From a virus, in the UHGV virus genome UHGV-0205415: DNA of 39,456 nt. The stretch is one strand, 5' to 3'. This document shows positions 18,855-28,824 of this stretch, one piece after another. The first letter of the stretch is position 1; each line of letters begins with the position of its first letter. The notes under the pieces are model-generated. The model was not told the origin of the DNA. It saw nothing but the letters and a program-made list of their open reading frames with translations, and did no database searches. Both the position numbers and the translations under genes were made by a program.

Positions 18855-21053
18855 TTACTGCTGTGGTTGTTGCCGGGTTGATTTTTGCAGGATGCTGCTG
18901 ATGTCCATGCGCTGCGCATGGCCCTGTGCCTGACTTTTCAGGACAAGCTCTGCATCAGCACGGGCATTGTCTCCTTGCTGTTGCTGGAACTGTCCGAGCA
19001 GTTTCAGAGCCTCGCGGATATCAGATTTCTGCTGGCTATCGGCAGATGCGAGTATTTTCACAACATTTGCCGCTGCAACCTGAGCATCAGTCTGTGCCTG
19101 GAATGCTTTAACCTGAATGGCTGCCTGTTCGTTCTGCGCTTTCTGCAATTCAGCCTGACCAGCCAGAAGCTGACCTTGCGCTGCAACCATAGCCGGATCC
19201 GGCTGACTGGCCTGTTGTTGTTTCGCCTGCTCAACCATCTGCTGTTCTTCAGGCGTTCTCGGCTTGATAACGCCAGACAGAAGCAACTGATTGCGGTTGT
19301 ATTCTTTCAGGTCGTCCATCCCTTCGCCGTCCATATTGTCGAGAATCATCGACGATACAAGGTCGTGCTTCGGCGTTCCTGGTGGGATAAGTGCCAGCAT
19401 GGAAAGTAACGACTTAACCGTTGCATCACGGCGAGTAGCGAACGACTGACCGACATCGACAGTCACTTCATAGTTACCCTGCGAAAGGTCGTTAAGCGCG
19501 ATAACCTGCCCTGTCTGACGGTCAACCACTTCACCAGTCATCAGCGCCACGTCATCGCTGCCGTCCTCATTAACGATACGCATCGGCGTATCGCTGCCAT
19601 AGACTTCACGCGCCATAGAAAGCCACACAACGCCAGCGCGACGCATGGATTTAGCCATGTTGTCCATGTAGATATAGGACTGCGTATCCATCCGGTTAAA
19701 GATGCTATCAACGGTATCGGTAGCGACGTTGCTCGGCATGTTCTCAAGCTGCGACGCACCTGTAATTTGCTGAATAGCCGTTCCGGTGTACTGCAATAGC
19801 CCGGCAAGAGCTGGCGGCATTTGTGTCGGAGGTGTATAACTGCTGACCTGAGCCTGCGCAGTAATATCTCCGTTTTTGTTTTTCAGACTGACCATCGGCA
19901 GGAACGCCGGGCGCTTTTTGTTGCGCTCCGCCCAATGAGTGGCGAGAGGACCAGGAATCATGTCAACATCAACTACAGGAATACCATCACCGCCAGCCTG
20001 AGTGGCGTTATCTGCAATCATGGAAACCATCAGGTTCTCAAGACGCTGTGCATCCATCGCTTTTGCTGCGTGGCCTTCGATTCGCTCCTGATTATCAACA
20101 AATGAACGACGCCCATATACCGGGATGAGAGGAATATGTTCGCCCGGAATACGCTTCGGTTCTTCCAGCCATTCAGCGCCAGACAGAAGACCGCAATAAA
20201 CTCGGCGTTTCTTCACTGTCCGCTCACCAATCAGTTCGAATGCACCATCGGTTAGCTCGTCGACAATATCTTTGATTTGCTCTTCATCATAGATTGCCGT
20301 TTCTCCGCTAACAGGGTTGCGCCATGCCGTGAGCTTCACCTTCTCTATGCGAACTTCGTAGTAGCGACCAACATAGATGGCATCTGGCGTTGACCAGTCA
20401 TATTGAGTGCCAGTGTCATCACGAGAAAGGCTTGCCGCGATGGAATCAGGGTATTCAGCCTCGAACGCTTTAGGCGTCATGGAGAACATTTCCATAGCCC
20501 ACATAGCATCAGAGCGGTCATATTGCTTGCTGTCCTGATCGAAGAAGACGCATGTCGCTGGGTCGTAAACAGGAAGAAGGCTGATGCGTCGCTGCTCGTT
20601 ACTCGGATCCATTTCATCTTCGTAATCGGCACACATGCGGAAACAACCGAATCCGCCCGTTACAGCATCATCAAATGCGTTATCACACGCTTCGCCACCG
20701 GATGTTTCCTGATAGTCAGCGCGGAATTTGCCGTTCATCTTTTCGGCTAACGCTTCCGATGCCTTATCGTCCTTCGGCCTGAATTTAACGCTGATGCGAT
20801 TCTGTCGATACTCGCCAATGATGCGATCACATTCACGGGCAATCTTATTCAGTTCAAAGCGCGGGTAATGCTCAAACCTTCCTTCATCAAATGAGTAACC
20901 AGCGTTTGTGCTGCCTTCCCACTGTGCGCCGGACACCCGGACGAAACGTTGAGCCTCAATAATCTGCTCACGCATATCCTGCGTTGCTGACCAGGCATTA
21001 TCAAAGTTGCACAGCACCTTGCGATGCCAGTCAGTCATCTTTTTTTCTGCCAT
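18855..21053 (-). CDS. portal protein
   Basis: 732 aa, follows large terminase; P22 gp1-like size and order. Confidence 0.9.
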   Translation of the reverse strand: MAEKKMTDWHRKVLCNFDNAWSATQDMREQIIEAQRFVRVSGAQWEGSTNAGYSFDEGRFEHYPRFELNKIARECDRIIGEYRQNRISVKFRPKDDKASEALAEKMNGKFRADYQETSGGEACDNAFDDAVTGGFGCFRMCADYEDEMDPSNEQRRISLLPVYDPATCVFFDQDSKQYDRSDAMWAMEMFSMTPKAFEAEYPDSIAASLSRDDTGTQYDWSTPDAIYVGRYYEVRIEKVKLTAWRNPVSGETAIYDEEQIKDIVDELTDGAFELIGERTVKKRRVYCGLLSGAEWLEEPKRIPGEHIPLIPVYGRRSFVDNQERIEGHAAKAMDAQRLENLMVSMIADNATQAGGDGIPVVDVDMIPGPLATHWAERNKKRPAFLPMVSLKNKNGDITAQAQVSSYTPPTQMPPALAGLLQYTGTAIQQITGASQLENMPSNVATDTVDSIFNRMDTQSYIYMDNMAKSMRRAGVVWLSMAREVYGSDTPMRIVNEDGSDDVALMTGEVVDRQTGQVIALNDLSQGNYEVTVDVGQSFATRRDATVKSLLSMLALIPPGTPKHDLVSSMILDNMDGEGMDDLKEYNRNQLLLSGVIKPRTPEEQQMVEQAKQQQASQPDPAMVAAQGQLLAGQAELQKAQNEQAAIQVKAFQAQTDAQVAAANVVKILASADSQQKSDIREALKLLGQFQQQQGDNARADAELVLKSQAQGHAQRMDISSILQKSTRQQPQQ

Positions 21054-21054
21054 A

Positions 21055-22470
21055 TCAACCTACACCACAAGGAATTGAGTAACTGGAATAGTCGGGTTGC
21101 GCAGCCGACTCCGGGCAATGCATACACATCATCAGAGCATCAGCCAGGTTAGGAGATGGAATACCGAGCTTCTGCTTCATTTCGACCTTAGTCATAAGCT
21201 CCAGCTTCCCGTTGTTATTGAATTTGCGCTGAATCTGCGTCAGTTCTGCAAACAACTTCTCCAGCATCTTCTCGCCTATCGCTTCTTTGTCGAAACTCAG
21301 CATGTCGTCGGGGTCTGCATACTCACCGTGGACAACCGCCCGATATGTCATATACAGCCTGTCAGCCAGCGCGTAATAGAATTGCGCTCGCTTATTGCGG
21401 AACACATCGCCAATAGTGCGAACGTTGTCGCCCTGCACGACTTCATCAGCCCATGCTCCGGCCTGATAAGGCGCATCTTCATCGAATGGCGATTCGCTGC
21501 CCTTGAACATCGTGGCGGTGATTTTCTTGCCGGAGAACGCTTCCGTTGTCTGTCTGCGTAGCCCGGCACCAACACCATCACCATCCCACAGGTAATGGTC
21601 AGCGCCGTCTTCAATCGCCAGCGAAGTAGCCCAGTCAGCACCCTCGTTGATGTCCATCAGCAGACCTTCGGCAATGCGCTTAACTACCGAACCGTGACGC
21701 GATGCATAACCTTTAGCATCCGGTCCTGTATCTGACGGGTCATGCGCAGAGACAACAGCGCCTTTCGCCTTCCATCCGAGTTTCTTGTGCGCATCGGTTG
21801 CGGCTTCAAGCCATTCACGTTTGATGATTGCCATATCACTTGCGCTCACTGGCTCACCAAGCCAGATGTGACGATACAGTGTCGGATTTCTGCGTTTGCA
21901 CTCTTCCATCTCCAGACGGAGGACTTCAGGAAAGTGCGGGTTGTCGGTGTAGTTCACCGTCAGCAGACAAATATCATCGGGAGGATTTACAACGAATCGC
22001 TGATAGGTATCGTCGAGTATGTTCTTCGGGTTAAAGCTCACCCATATTTCAGAGAACGGCTTACGGATGGTTGGTATCAGGATATCCCATGATTCCTTCG
22101 TTACCGCTTCCGCTTCTTCCACCCAGCAGATATCAATACCTTCGAGCGATTTAATCTTCGTCGGGTTGTTTTTAATGCCGTAGAACATGAATTCAGCATT
22201 CGTTCCGAGATGACGAATCATTGAACGCTGAATTTCAAACTCAGCCGAATACCCTTCCCGCTCTATGGTGTCTTCAAGCAACCGAATTACCGAATCGCTG
22301 ATACTGTTTTGCAGCTCACGAGCGCAAAGTATGCGCACAGGCTGCCGACGCGCCGCTTCAACAAGCAGCCTCGCAATTGCCCATGACTTACCGCTACCTC
22401 GACCGCCTTTGGCGACTTTGTAGCGATGCGCCTCAATGAACGGTTCAAAGATAGGATTAATCGAGGTCAT
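21055..22470 (-). CDS. terminase large subunit
   Basis: Walker A-like KGGRGSGKS near N-terminus; ATPase-nuclease architecture. Confidence 0.9.
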   Translation of the reverse strand: MTSINPIFEPFIEAHRYKVAKGGRGSGKSWAIARLLVEAARRQPVRILCARELQNSISDSVIRLLEDTIEREGYSAEFEIQRSMIRHLGTNAEFMFYGIKNNPTKIKSLEGIDICWVEEAEAVTKESWDILIPTIRKPFSEIWVSFNPKNILDDTYQRFVVNPPDDICLLTVNYTDNPHFPEVLRLEMEECKRRNPTLYRHIWLGEPVSASDMAIIKREWLEAATDAHKKLGWKAKGAVVSAHDPSDTGPDAKGYASRHGSVVKRIAEGLLMDINEGADWATSLAIEDGADHYLWDGDGVGAGLRRQTTEAFSGKKITATMFKGSESPFDEDAPYQAGAWADEVVQGDNVRTIGDVFRNKRAQFYYALADRLYMTYRAVVHGEYADPDDMLSFDKEAIGEKMLEKLFAELTQIQRKFNNNGKLELMTKVEMKQKLGIPSPNLADALMMCMHCPESAAQPDYSSYSIPCGVG

Positions 22471-22907
22471 TTTCCGAATAGAGTACTCATCGGTGATGTT
22501 TCAATCTGAATTGCGCCGCCGTCTTTGCCTGTTAGTTCGTGATCAACCTTGTCGCGCCATTTATCCTTCTGTCGGTTCTTAAGCCAGAAGATGGCAGCTG
22601 TTGTATCAGGCGGGTAATACTTCTCAAGCGGAGTTTCGACAATTCTGTTTTCAATAACACGAATATCGATGTCTGGAGCCACGAAGCCCATAGCGCGTTG
22701 ATAAAGACGATCACTAACTTCTGCATCAGCGACGGCCTTACCCTTTTTTATGGACTCTAAAAACTCCGGATATTCCAATTTCCAATTGTTGATTGTTGCC
22801 TCGCTAACTTCAAAGAAGTCCGCGAGTTCGGCGTCTGTATAGCCCAGCAAGCACAGTTTGCGTGCCTGTTCGGCATACGCCTCTTGATACTTCGTTGGGC
22901 GCGCCAT
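22467..22907 (-). CDS. terminase small subunit (P22 gp3-like)
   Basis: 146 aa directly upstream of and overlapping TerL. Confidence 0.8.
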   Translation of the reverse strand: MARPTKYQEAYAEQARKLCLLGYTDAELADFFEVSEATINNWKLEYPEFLESIKKGKAVADAEVSDRLYQRAMGFVAPDIDIRVIENRIVETPLEKYYPPDTTAAIFWLKNRQKDKWRDKVDHELTGKDGGAIQIETSPMSTLFGK

Positions 22908-22909
22908 GT

Positions 22910-23152
22910 TTATGCTCCGGTAGTGAACAGGTCTAACGCTTCCTTCGATTTACGCACCGCTTCGATAGTGCGGGTCGTGATATCTGAATTAGCGCCGCCT
23001 GACTGGAAGTGAATTTTGAATAGCTCAAGCTTCAGCTCGTCAGTGCCAATGAACTGAAATGCTTCTTCTGCGGCTGCGTTCTGGTTCATGACCAGTTTGT
23101 AAATCTCTAACTGGAATTTCTGTTCTTCAGTCATGGGAATAATCTCTGCCAT
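22910..23152 (-). CDS. DUF2560-like small protein
   Basis: 80-aa ORF typical between lysis and packaging genes (recalled). Confidence 0.55.
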   Translation of the reverse strand: MAEIIPMTEEQKFQLEIYKLVMNQNAAAEEAFQFIGTDELKLELFKIHFQSGGANSDITTRTIEAVRKSKEALDLFTTGA

Positions 23153-23599
23153 TGTTGGCTCCGTTTATCCGTTAAAAGGGATATCAGTTAAGTTATCCCG
23201 TGTAGGGTATAAGCCATTGTCGAGACCACTCATTGAATGGCCTCTGCAATAACCGATGTCTTTCCATCAGTCCGCCACCACAAAGAATCTTTTTTGCCAT
23301 AAGGCTGGAGGTTCATCTTTCAGTGGCTGCCAGTGTTATTTCCCCACTTACTGGCTTGGGTTGTTTCGCGGTACTGCCGTAACTGGTTGCCCAGAATAAA
23401 TTCCGGTTTCATTATCAAGCCCACCCGTAGATAGGCTTTGTAATGAACTGGCTCTTATCTCAACGCAGCCCCTTACCGCGCGCCAGATGCTCAACTTCAA
23501 GCATCAGCAATGAGATGTTTAATCTGGATTCACTCCAGAAGTGATCACCACCCTGTCTACAGAGCCAGATGTGAAGGATGATGAGTAAAATTATCGCTA

Positions 23600-24037
23600 T
23601 CATCGAAGGCATTGCGTCCTGATGTATTCCTGCAGGTAGTTAACCTGCGCGGTTATCCTGTCGATTCCACTTCGGAGACGGTAATAATTGAGTTCAGCAT
23701 CTGCTGTAAGTCTTGGGCTTTCTCCATCGCCCATGCTGCTGGCTCCGGTCGTTGACTTTGCACAGGTGGCGGCGACTTGCAGGCGCTTACGACCAGCAGA
23801 AACATCAGCACGGAGACTTTCGATAGTCGCGTTAGCATCAGCAAGCTCCTTTGTATATCTGGCGTCGAGTTCTGCTACGTCACGTTGACGCTTCTGCATG
23901 TCAGCGATGATGGATGTGGCTTTGTCGCGCTGGGCTTTGTAGGCGATGGCGTTATCACGGTAATGATTAACAGCCCATGACAGGCAGACAATGATGCAGA
24001 TAACCAGAGCGGAGATAATCGCGGTGACTCTGCTCAT
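23600..24037 (-). CDS. Rz: i-spanin Rz (N-terminal part lambda-identical, C-terminal part divergent)
   Basis: [31 protein letters not shown] matches lambda Rz (recalled), rest diverges. Confidence 0.85.
   Translation of the reverse strand: MSRVTAIISALVICIIVCLSWAVNHYRDNAIAYKAQRDKATSIIADMQKRQRDVAELDARYTKELADANATIESLRADVSAGRKRLQVAATCAKSTTGASSMGDGESPRLTADAELNYYRLRSGIDRITAQVNYLQEYIRTQCLR
23653..23844 (-). CDS. Rz1: o-spanin Rz1 lipoprotein embedded in Rz in +1 frame
   Basis: Signal peptide ending in lipobox Cys (LLVVSAC) followed by proline-rich [16 protein letters not shown]. Confidence 0.75.
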   Translation of the reverse strand: MLMLTRLSKVSVLMFLLVVSACKSPPPVQSQRPEPAAWAMEKAQDLQQMLNSIITVSEVESTG

Positions 24038-24510
24038 ACCTCAATCTCTCTGACCGTTCCGCCAGCCTCTTTGAATTTTGCAATCAGGCTGTCAGCCTTA
24101 TGCTCGAACTGACCATAACCAGCGCCCGGCAGTGAAGCCCAGATATTGCTGCAACGGTCAATTGCCTGACGAATATCACCACGATCAATCATCGGCAAAG
24201 CGCCACGCTCCTTAATCTGCTGCAATGCCACAGCGTCCTGGCTTTTCGGAGAGAAGTCTTTCAGGCCAAGCTGCTTACGATAGGCATCCCACCAACGGGA
24301 AAGAAGCTGGTAACGTCCGGCTGCTGTTGATTTGAGTTTTGGGTTTAGCGTGACAAGTTTGCGAGGGTGATCGGAGTAATCAGTGAATAGCTCTCCGCCA
24401 ACAATGACGTCATAACCATGATTTCTTGTTTTTTGACGTCCGTTATCAGTTCCCTCTGACCACGCCAGCATATCGAGGAACGCCTTACGTTGATTATTGA
24501 TTTCCACCAT
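24034..24510 (-). CDS. R: endolysin, lambda R lytic transglycosylase
   Basis: Protein sequence essentially identical to lambda R as recalled. Confidence 0.95.
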   Translation of the reverse strand: MVEINNQRKAFLDMLAWSEGTDNGRQKTRNHGYDVIVGGELFTDYSDHPRKLVTLNPKLKSTAAGRYQLLSRWWDAYRKQLGLKDFSPKSQDAVALQQIKERGALPMIDRGDIRQAIDRCSNIWASLPGAGYGQFEHKADSLIAKFKEAGGTVREIEV

Positions 24511-24817
24511 CTTCTACTCCGGCTTTTTTAGCAGCGAAGCGTTTGATAAGCGAACCAATCGAGTCAGTACCGATGTAGCCGATGAACACGCTCGTTATAT
24601 AAGCGAGATTGCTACTTAGTCCGGCGAAGTCGAGAAGGTCACGAATGAACCAGGCGATAATGGCGCACATCGTTGCGTCGATTACTGTTTTTGTAAACGC
24701 ACCGCCATTATATCTGCCGCGAAGGTACGCCATTGCAAACGCAAGGATTGCCCCGATGCCTTGTTCCTTTGCCGCGAGAATGGCGGCTAACAGGTCATGT
24801 TTTTCTGGCATCTTCAT
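24494..24817 (-). CDS. S: holin/antiholin, lambda S with dual start (MKM)
   Basis: Protein sequence essentially identical to lambda S107 as recalled. Confidence 0.95.
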   Translation of the reverse strand: MKMPEKHDLLAAILAAKEQGIGAILAFAMAYLRGRYNGGAFTKTVIDATMCAIIAWFIRDLLDFAGLSSNLAYITSVFIGYIGTDSIGSLIKRFAAKKAGVEDGGNQ

Positions 24818-25212
24818 GTCTTACCCCCAATAAGGGGATTTGCTCTATTTAATTAGGAATAAGGTCGATTACTGATAGAACAAATCCAGGCTACTGTGTT
24901 TAGTAATCAGATTTGTTCGTGACCGATATGCACGGGCAAAACGGCAGGAGGTTGTTAGCGCAACCTCTTGCCACCCGCTTTCACGAGGTCATGTGTAGAA
25001 GTCCGCAGCGTAACTATCACTGATGAATTCAGGATAGCCAGTGGCTACGGCTCAGTTTGGGTTGTGCTGTTGCTGGGCTGCGATGACGCCTGTACGCATT
25101 TGGTGATCCGGTTCTGCTTCCGGTATTCGCTTAATTCAGCACAACGGAAAGAGCACTCAATGCATTTAAGCCAAGCCCCATAAGGGAGAATGCTCTTACC
25201 TGTTGCACAGGT

Positions 25213-25270
25213 ATAAAAAATCCCGAAACCGTTATGCAGGCTCTAACTATTACCTGCGAACTGTTTCGGG
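25213..25270 (-). terminator. tR' terminator of the short pR' (6S) transcript
   Basis: CCCGAAAC...GTTTCGGG stem followed by TTTTTTAT on minus strand; matches lambda tR' region as recalled. Confidence 0.75.
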
Positions 25271-25407
25271 ATTGCATTTTGCAGACCTCTCAGCCTGCGA
25301 TGGTTGGAGTTCCAGACGATACGTCGAAGTGACCAACTAGGCGGAATCGGTAGTAAGCGCCGCCTCTTTTTATCTCACTACCACAACGAGCGAATTAACC
25401 CATCGTT
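25213..25407 (-). ncRNA. 6S-like short pR' transcript (about 190 nt)
   Basis: Distance from predicted pR' start to tR' matches lambda 6S RNA length. Confidence 0.55.
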
Positions 25408-25442
25408 GGGTCAAATTTACCCAACTTTATTCAAAAAGTCAA
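25407..25442 (-). promoter_or_regulatory. late promoter pR' (-35 TTGACT, 17-nt spacer, -10 TAAATT) with adjacent qut region
   Basis: Hexamers read from sequence; region matches lambda pR' as recalled. Confidence 0.7.
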
Positions 25443-25484
25443 TATCATGCCGTTAATATGTTGCCATCCGTGGCAATCATGCTG

Positions 25485-26108
25485 CTAACGTGTGACCGCA
25501 TTCAAAATGTTGTCTGCGATTGACTCTTCTTTGTGGCATTGCACCACCAGAGCGTCATACAGCGGCTTAACAGTGCGTGACCAGGTGGGTTGAGTAAGGT
25601 TTGGGATTAGCATCGTTACAGCGCGATATGCGGCGCTTGCTGGCATTCTTGAATAGCCGACTCCTTTGCATCTTCCGCACTCTTTCTCGACAACTCTCCC
25701 CCACTGCTCCGTTTTGGCTATATCAACCGCACGGCCTGTACCGTGGCAATCTCTGCATCTTGCCCCCGGCGTCGCGGCACTACGGCAATAATCCGCATAA
25801 GCGAATGTTGCGAGAACTTGCAGTACCTTTGCCTTAGTATTTCCTTCAAGCTTTGCCACACCACGGTATTTCCCCGATACCTTGTGTGCAAATTGCATCA
25901 GATAGTTGATAGCCTTTTGTTTGTCGTTCTGGCTGAGTTCGTGCTTACCACAGAATGCAGCCATTCCGAATCCGGCCTGTGATTGCGCCATCCCCATAGC
26001 AGCCATCACATCAGTACCGGAAAGAGAGTCAGAAGCCGTGGCCCGTGGTGAGTCGCTCATCATCGGGCTTTTTGGCGAATGAAATTTAGCTACGCTTTCG
26101 AGTCTCAT
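25485..26108 (-). CDS. Q: late gene antiterminator Q
   Basis: 207-aa protein essentially identical to lambda Q as recalled. Confidence 0.95.
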   Translation of the reverse strand: MRLESVAKFHSPKSPMMSDSPRATASDSLSGTDVMAAMGMAQSQAGFGMAAFCGKHELSQNDKQKAINYLMQFAHKVSGKYRGVAKLEGNTKAKVLQVLATFAYADYCRSAATPGARCRDCHGTGRAVDIAKTEQWGRVVEKECGRCKGVGYSRMPASAAYRAVTMLIPNLTQPTWSRTVKPLYDALVVQCHKEESIADNILNAVTR

Positions 26109-26293
26109 CGTCTTCCTCTCTTGCCCTGTTTGACCATCAGGACGCCGTTAACTATTACGTGACGCTCGCCTTTGCTGTCTCGGTTGTACTTGAGCACTGT
26201 TCCTCTTGCGCAGGAAAGCATCCTCGCCACTTCGGTCTGATTGCCTCGTGTCTGGATAAGAAGCTCTGGTATCGTTTGAATTGTGGCGTTCAT
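26105..26293 (-). CDS. ninH: NinH-like protein
   Basis: TIPELLIQTRGNQTEVARMLSCARGTV resembles lambda NinH. Confidence 0.8.
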   Translation of the reverse strand: MNATIQTIPELLIQTRGNQTEVARMLSCARGTVLKYNRDSKGERHVIVNGVLMVKQGKRGRR

Positions 26294-26652
26294 ACGTTCT
26301 CCAGTTCGGTGATTTTTATTCCAAGCCGTCCGCCTGGTACTTTCACACCACGAATTACGCGAATGTCATCGAATTGCTCGTCGTCTTCCGCAAATCAGGC
26401 GTGGATAAGGGAGTCGAGTAAACCTTTCAGGATGTTATCGAGGTCGCGGCGGCGGGAGTCTGGAACGTCTGCGATGACTTTGATGCGGAGTCGTGATTTG
26501 GTGAAAATGTCTAACTTAAGTTGGCGGATGATTTGCTGAACGTCTTTTCGGTATTTCTGGCCTTTATCGCTGATGTAGTATTGGCTTCCCCGTCTTCGCC
26601 AGTAGGTATTCACCGACGGCGGGTATGGAAGCACAAACTGATATTCGTTCAT
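26290..26652 (-). pseudogene. rusA: rusA-like Holliday junction resolvase interrupted by in-frame TGA at 26395..26397
   Basis: 85-aa ORF matches RusA N-terminal part (DSRRRDLDN motif); the same frame continues after TGA for 33 codons resembling the RusA C-terminus and ends overlapping ninH start. Confidence 0.7.
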
Positions 26653-26939
26653 GGCTTAATCTTCCCCTCCTTCAGTAGTATCGCCTGCGTCCTGATCACG
26701 CCTTCGAGGTGGTAAAGTCTGGCGTCTTTGTTGTCGAGAATCCTTGTGCGTCGGTCGATCTCCGCGTGGCAGTCACTACAAGCCCATGCACCGATCAGGT
26801 CGTCAGGCTTCATTCCCGTTCCGCAAATTCCAGCCATCCGGTAATGTGCCAGAACTGTAGTTTCAGGGTTGCCATTGCATACGCCGTAAATACGTACCTG
26901 GCATTCTCTGCCGCGCGCTTCTTTGCGTAGGTTAGCCAT
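26649..26939 (-). CDS. DUF1364/YbcO-like protein
   Basis: ECQVRIYGVCNGNPETTVLAHYR...CSDCH pattern as in DLP12 YbcO (recalled). Confidence 0.65.
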   Translation of the reverse strand: MANLRKEARGRECQVRIYGVCNGNPETTVLAHYRMAGICGTGMKPDDLIGAWACSDCHAEIDRRTRILDNKDARLYHLEGVIRTQAILLKEGKIKP

Positions 26940-27664
26940 TAAGCAGCCTCCCCTGTTACTTTCAGCATTCCGTTATCGAGCAGCTTTCTGGTCAGCCACT
27001 GTTGACCACGCCCGGTGATTTTTGTAGTGAACGATATCTGTATTCCGTGATTTGTGTTGACCGCTGTTTCTTTCACTGTGAAATAGCCGCGATCCATATA
27101 TTCCTGCATTGGCACATTGCGCCGGGAACCTGAAGCAATAAGGATTTTGTGATCGCGCATCCACGCAAACAGTTTGTTTTGACCAATTCCAACAACCTTT
27201 GCAAAGTTTCCAATCAAAATTCCACTGGCCTCGCCAACGCGATCGGCAAACTCAACTTTAGGTGCGGCAATTGCGAGCTGGTTTTCCAGTTGCATTTTCT
27301 GCTCAGCAAGATCAGCAGCAAGGCGCAACGCTTCCGGTAGCGTTTTGGGGATATTAACCGCAGCTTCTTCAAGCTCTCGCCAACGGTCAACAAGACGAGC
27401 GGTGAACTCTGGCGACAACTGGGCAACGACAATAATGCTGTCTCGCTTTCCTTGTTCGCCCTCGAAGACGTAGAAATCACGCCTCCCGGTAATAACACAT
27501 AAATCATTGATTATGTTAGTGTGCTGCAATGCAGGAGGCTTGATAACGCCACGTTTCACCAATCTATCTATGGATACTTTTACATTGCTATGGCGGCTTT
27601 CTACCAACTCAGCGATTTCAATGCTTGTCATTTTGATGGCATTGCCATTTATTAACTCATTCAT
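26939..27664 (-). CDS. Rha/KilA-C type antirepressor-like regulatory protein
   Basis: N-terminal Rha-like region and C-terminal KilA-C-like region (recalled). Confidence 0.6.
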   Translation of the reverse strand: MNELINGNAIKMTSIEIAELVESRHSNVKVSIDRLVKRGVIKPPALQHTNIINDLCVITGRRDFYVFEGEQGKRDSIIVVAQLSPEFTARLVDRWRELEEAAVNIPKTLPEALRLAADLAEQKMQLENQLAIAAPKVEFADRVGEASGILIGNFAKVVGIGQNKLFAWMRDHKILIASGSRRNVPMQEYMDRGYFTVKETAVNTNHGIQISFTTKITGRGQQWLTRKLLDNGMLKVTGEAA

Positions 27665-27833
27665 CGTCTTCTTCCTCGTACATTGAGCTATTCGGATCGC
27701 TCATCAGTTCTGCGCAGCAGTGCTCACACACGTGAACTTCCAGCACATGCAGCTTCTGGCCGCAGTTAGCGCACGTTAAAGCCCGCTCGACGCTTTCTTT
27801 CTGGTATTGAAGGGATTGGGATGGGCTAAGCAT
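27657..27833 (-). CDS. ninF: NinF-like protein
   Basis: MLSPSQSLQYQKESVERALTCANCGQKLHVLEVHVCEHCC nearly identical to lambda NinF (recalled); track ORF 27657..27890 trimmed. Confidence 0.8.
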   Translation of the reverse strand: MLSPSQSLQYQKESVERALTCANCGQKLHVLEVHVCEHCCAELMSDPNSSMYEEEDDE

Positions 27834-28227
27834 GGCTTTCACCATTAAAAAGTCGCTTGTAAGCATCAATGTCTCGTTTTGCTTCACCAAGCTTTCGTCT
27901 TAATTCCATGTTTTCTGATTCAAGCTTTTCCATGTCTTGTTGGTATCGATCGCGGTGTTCTTTCCATGCTTTTTGATACGCCTTCATGTATGTCATGTTG
28001 GCCTTTCTCTTTGCCTGACGAACTGCGTGGTGGTTTTTCACAAACCAGTCAGGGTCGTTAAATGCTGCTCTGGCGCATGTATACCAATAATTTGTTGCCT
28101 CCCTGTTTAGCCAATAAATACTGATAAATGGCAACCGGATAGACACCATTTTTCGTTGTGACTCTTTCTCGCCAAACATGTGGCCTTTTTTGATGCTAAG
28201 TCCAAATCCAGGTTGAATTAAAAGCAT
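27826..28227 (-). CDS. hypothetical protein inserted between ninE and ninF, AT-rich 5' half, coiled-coil C-terminus
   Basis: ORF 27826..28269; ATG at 28227 after AGGAAA; no family recognised. Confidence 0.45.
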   Translation of the reverse strand: MLLIQPGFGLSIKKGHMFGEKESQRKMVSIRLPFISIYWLNREATNYWYTCARAAFNDPDWFVKNHHAVRQAKRKANMTYMKAYQKAWKEHRDRYQQDMEKLESENMELRRKLGEAKRDIDAYKRLFNGESHA

Positions 28228-28229
28228 TG

Positions 28230-28406
28230 TCATTTCCTCGCACGATATCTTAGCCACCGGATATCCCACAGGTGAGCTGTGTAATTGAAGGTTTTTACGT
28301 CAGATTCTTTTGGGGTTGGCTTGCGTTTATTTCTGGAGCGTTTCGTTGGAAGGTATTTGCAGTTTTCGCAGATGATGTCGGTGATACTTCGTCGCTGTCG
28401 TCTCAT
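28230..28406 (-). CDS. ninE: NinE-like protein (58 aa, below ORF-track size cutoff)
   Basis: Manual translation [30 protein letters not shown]... matches lambda NinE (recalled); ATGA overlap with ninB stop. Confidence 0.8.
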   Translation of the reverse strand: MRRQRRSITDIICENCKYLPTKRSRNKRKPTPKESDVKTFNYTAHLWDIRWLRYRARK

Positions 28407-28813
28407 TCGTACCTCCTGTCGGTAAATCTGACACCCTGACCAATAGCCCAGGCTGTTGTGTACTCGATCAGACTTGCCATGCGCTTCACGCTCATCTGCG
28501 CGCTGCTTTCGCGAATGTTGACGTATTCGCCTTCAAGCCCGGGCAAAACATCAGCTTCCAGGTTTGTTGCCACTGCATGACCGCTAATCAACAAAACCTT
28601 CCATTGTTCCGGTTTTAACCATTTGCCGCACCATTGAACCTGACGAGCGATATCCGCCAGCATCACGTGAAATTTTGCGTTCTGGTCAAGGTTGCGCTTG
28701 TAGTCAGTAATGCGGATGGTGACTGGCTTGTCTTTATCGAGTGGTGTTGCGAGGATGGCATTTATTGCGGCTTGCTGTTGTTGCTTAGTTCGGAGGAAGA
28801 TTGTTTGCTTCAC
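28403..28813 (-). CDS. ninB: NinB-like recombination protein
   Basis: [31 protein letters not shown] resembles lambda NinB pattern. Confidence 0.7.
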   Translation of the reverse strand: MKQTIFLRTKQQQQAAINAILATPLDKDKPVTIRITDYKRNLDQNAKFHVMLADIARQVQWCGKWLKPEQWKVLLISGHAVATNLEADVLPGLEGEYVNIRESSAQMSVKRMASLIEYTTAWAIGQGVRFTDRRYE

Positions 28814-28824
28814 TGAATACTCCT

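Noticed and set aside
24818-25484. Possible tRNA genes or toxin cargo between Q and S
   Set aside because: No cloverleaf-compatible sequence and no ORF; region matches lambda pR'-qut-tR' as recalled
26159-26539. 126-aa plus-strand ORF
   Set aside because: Antisense to ninH and rusA, whose translations match known families
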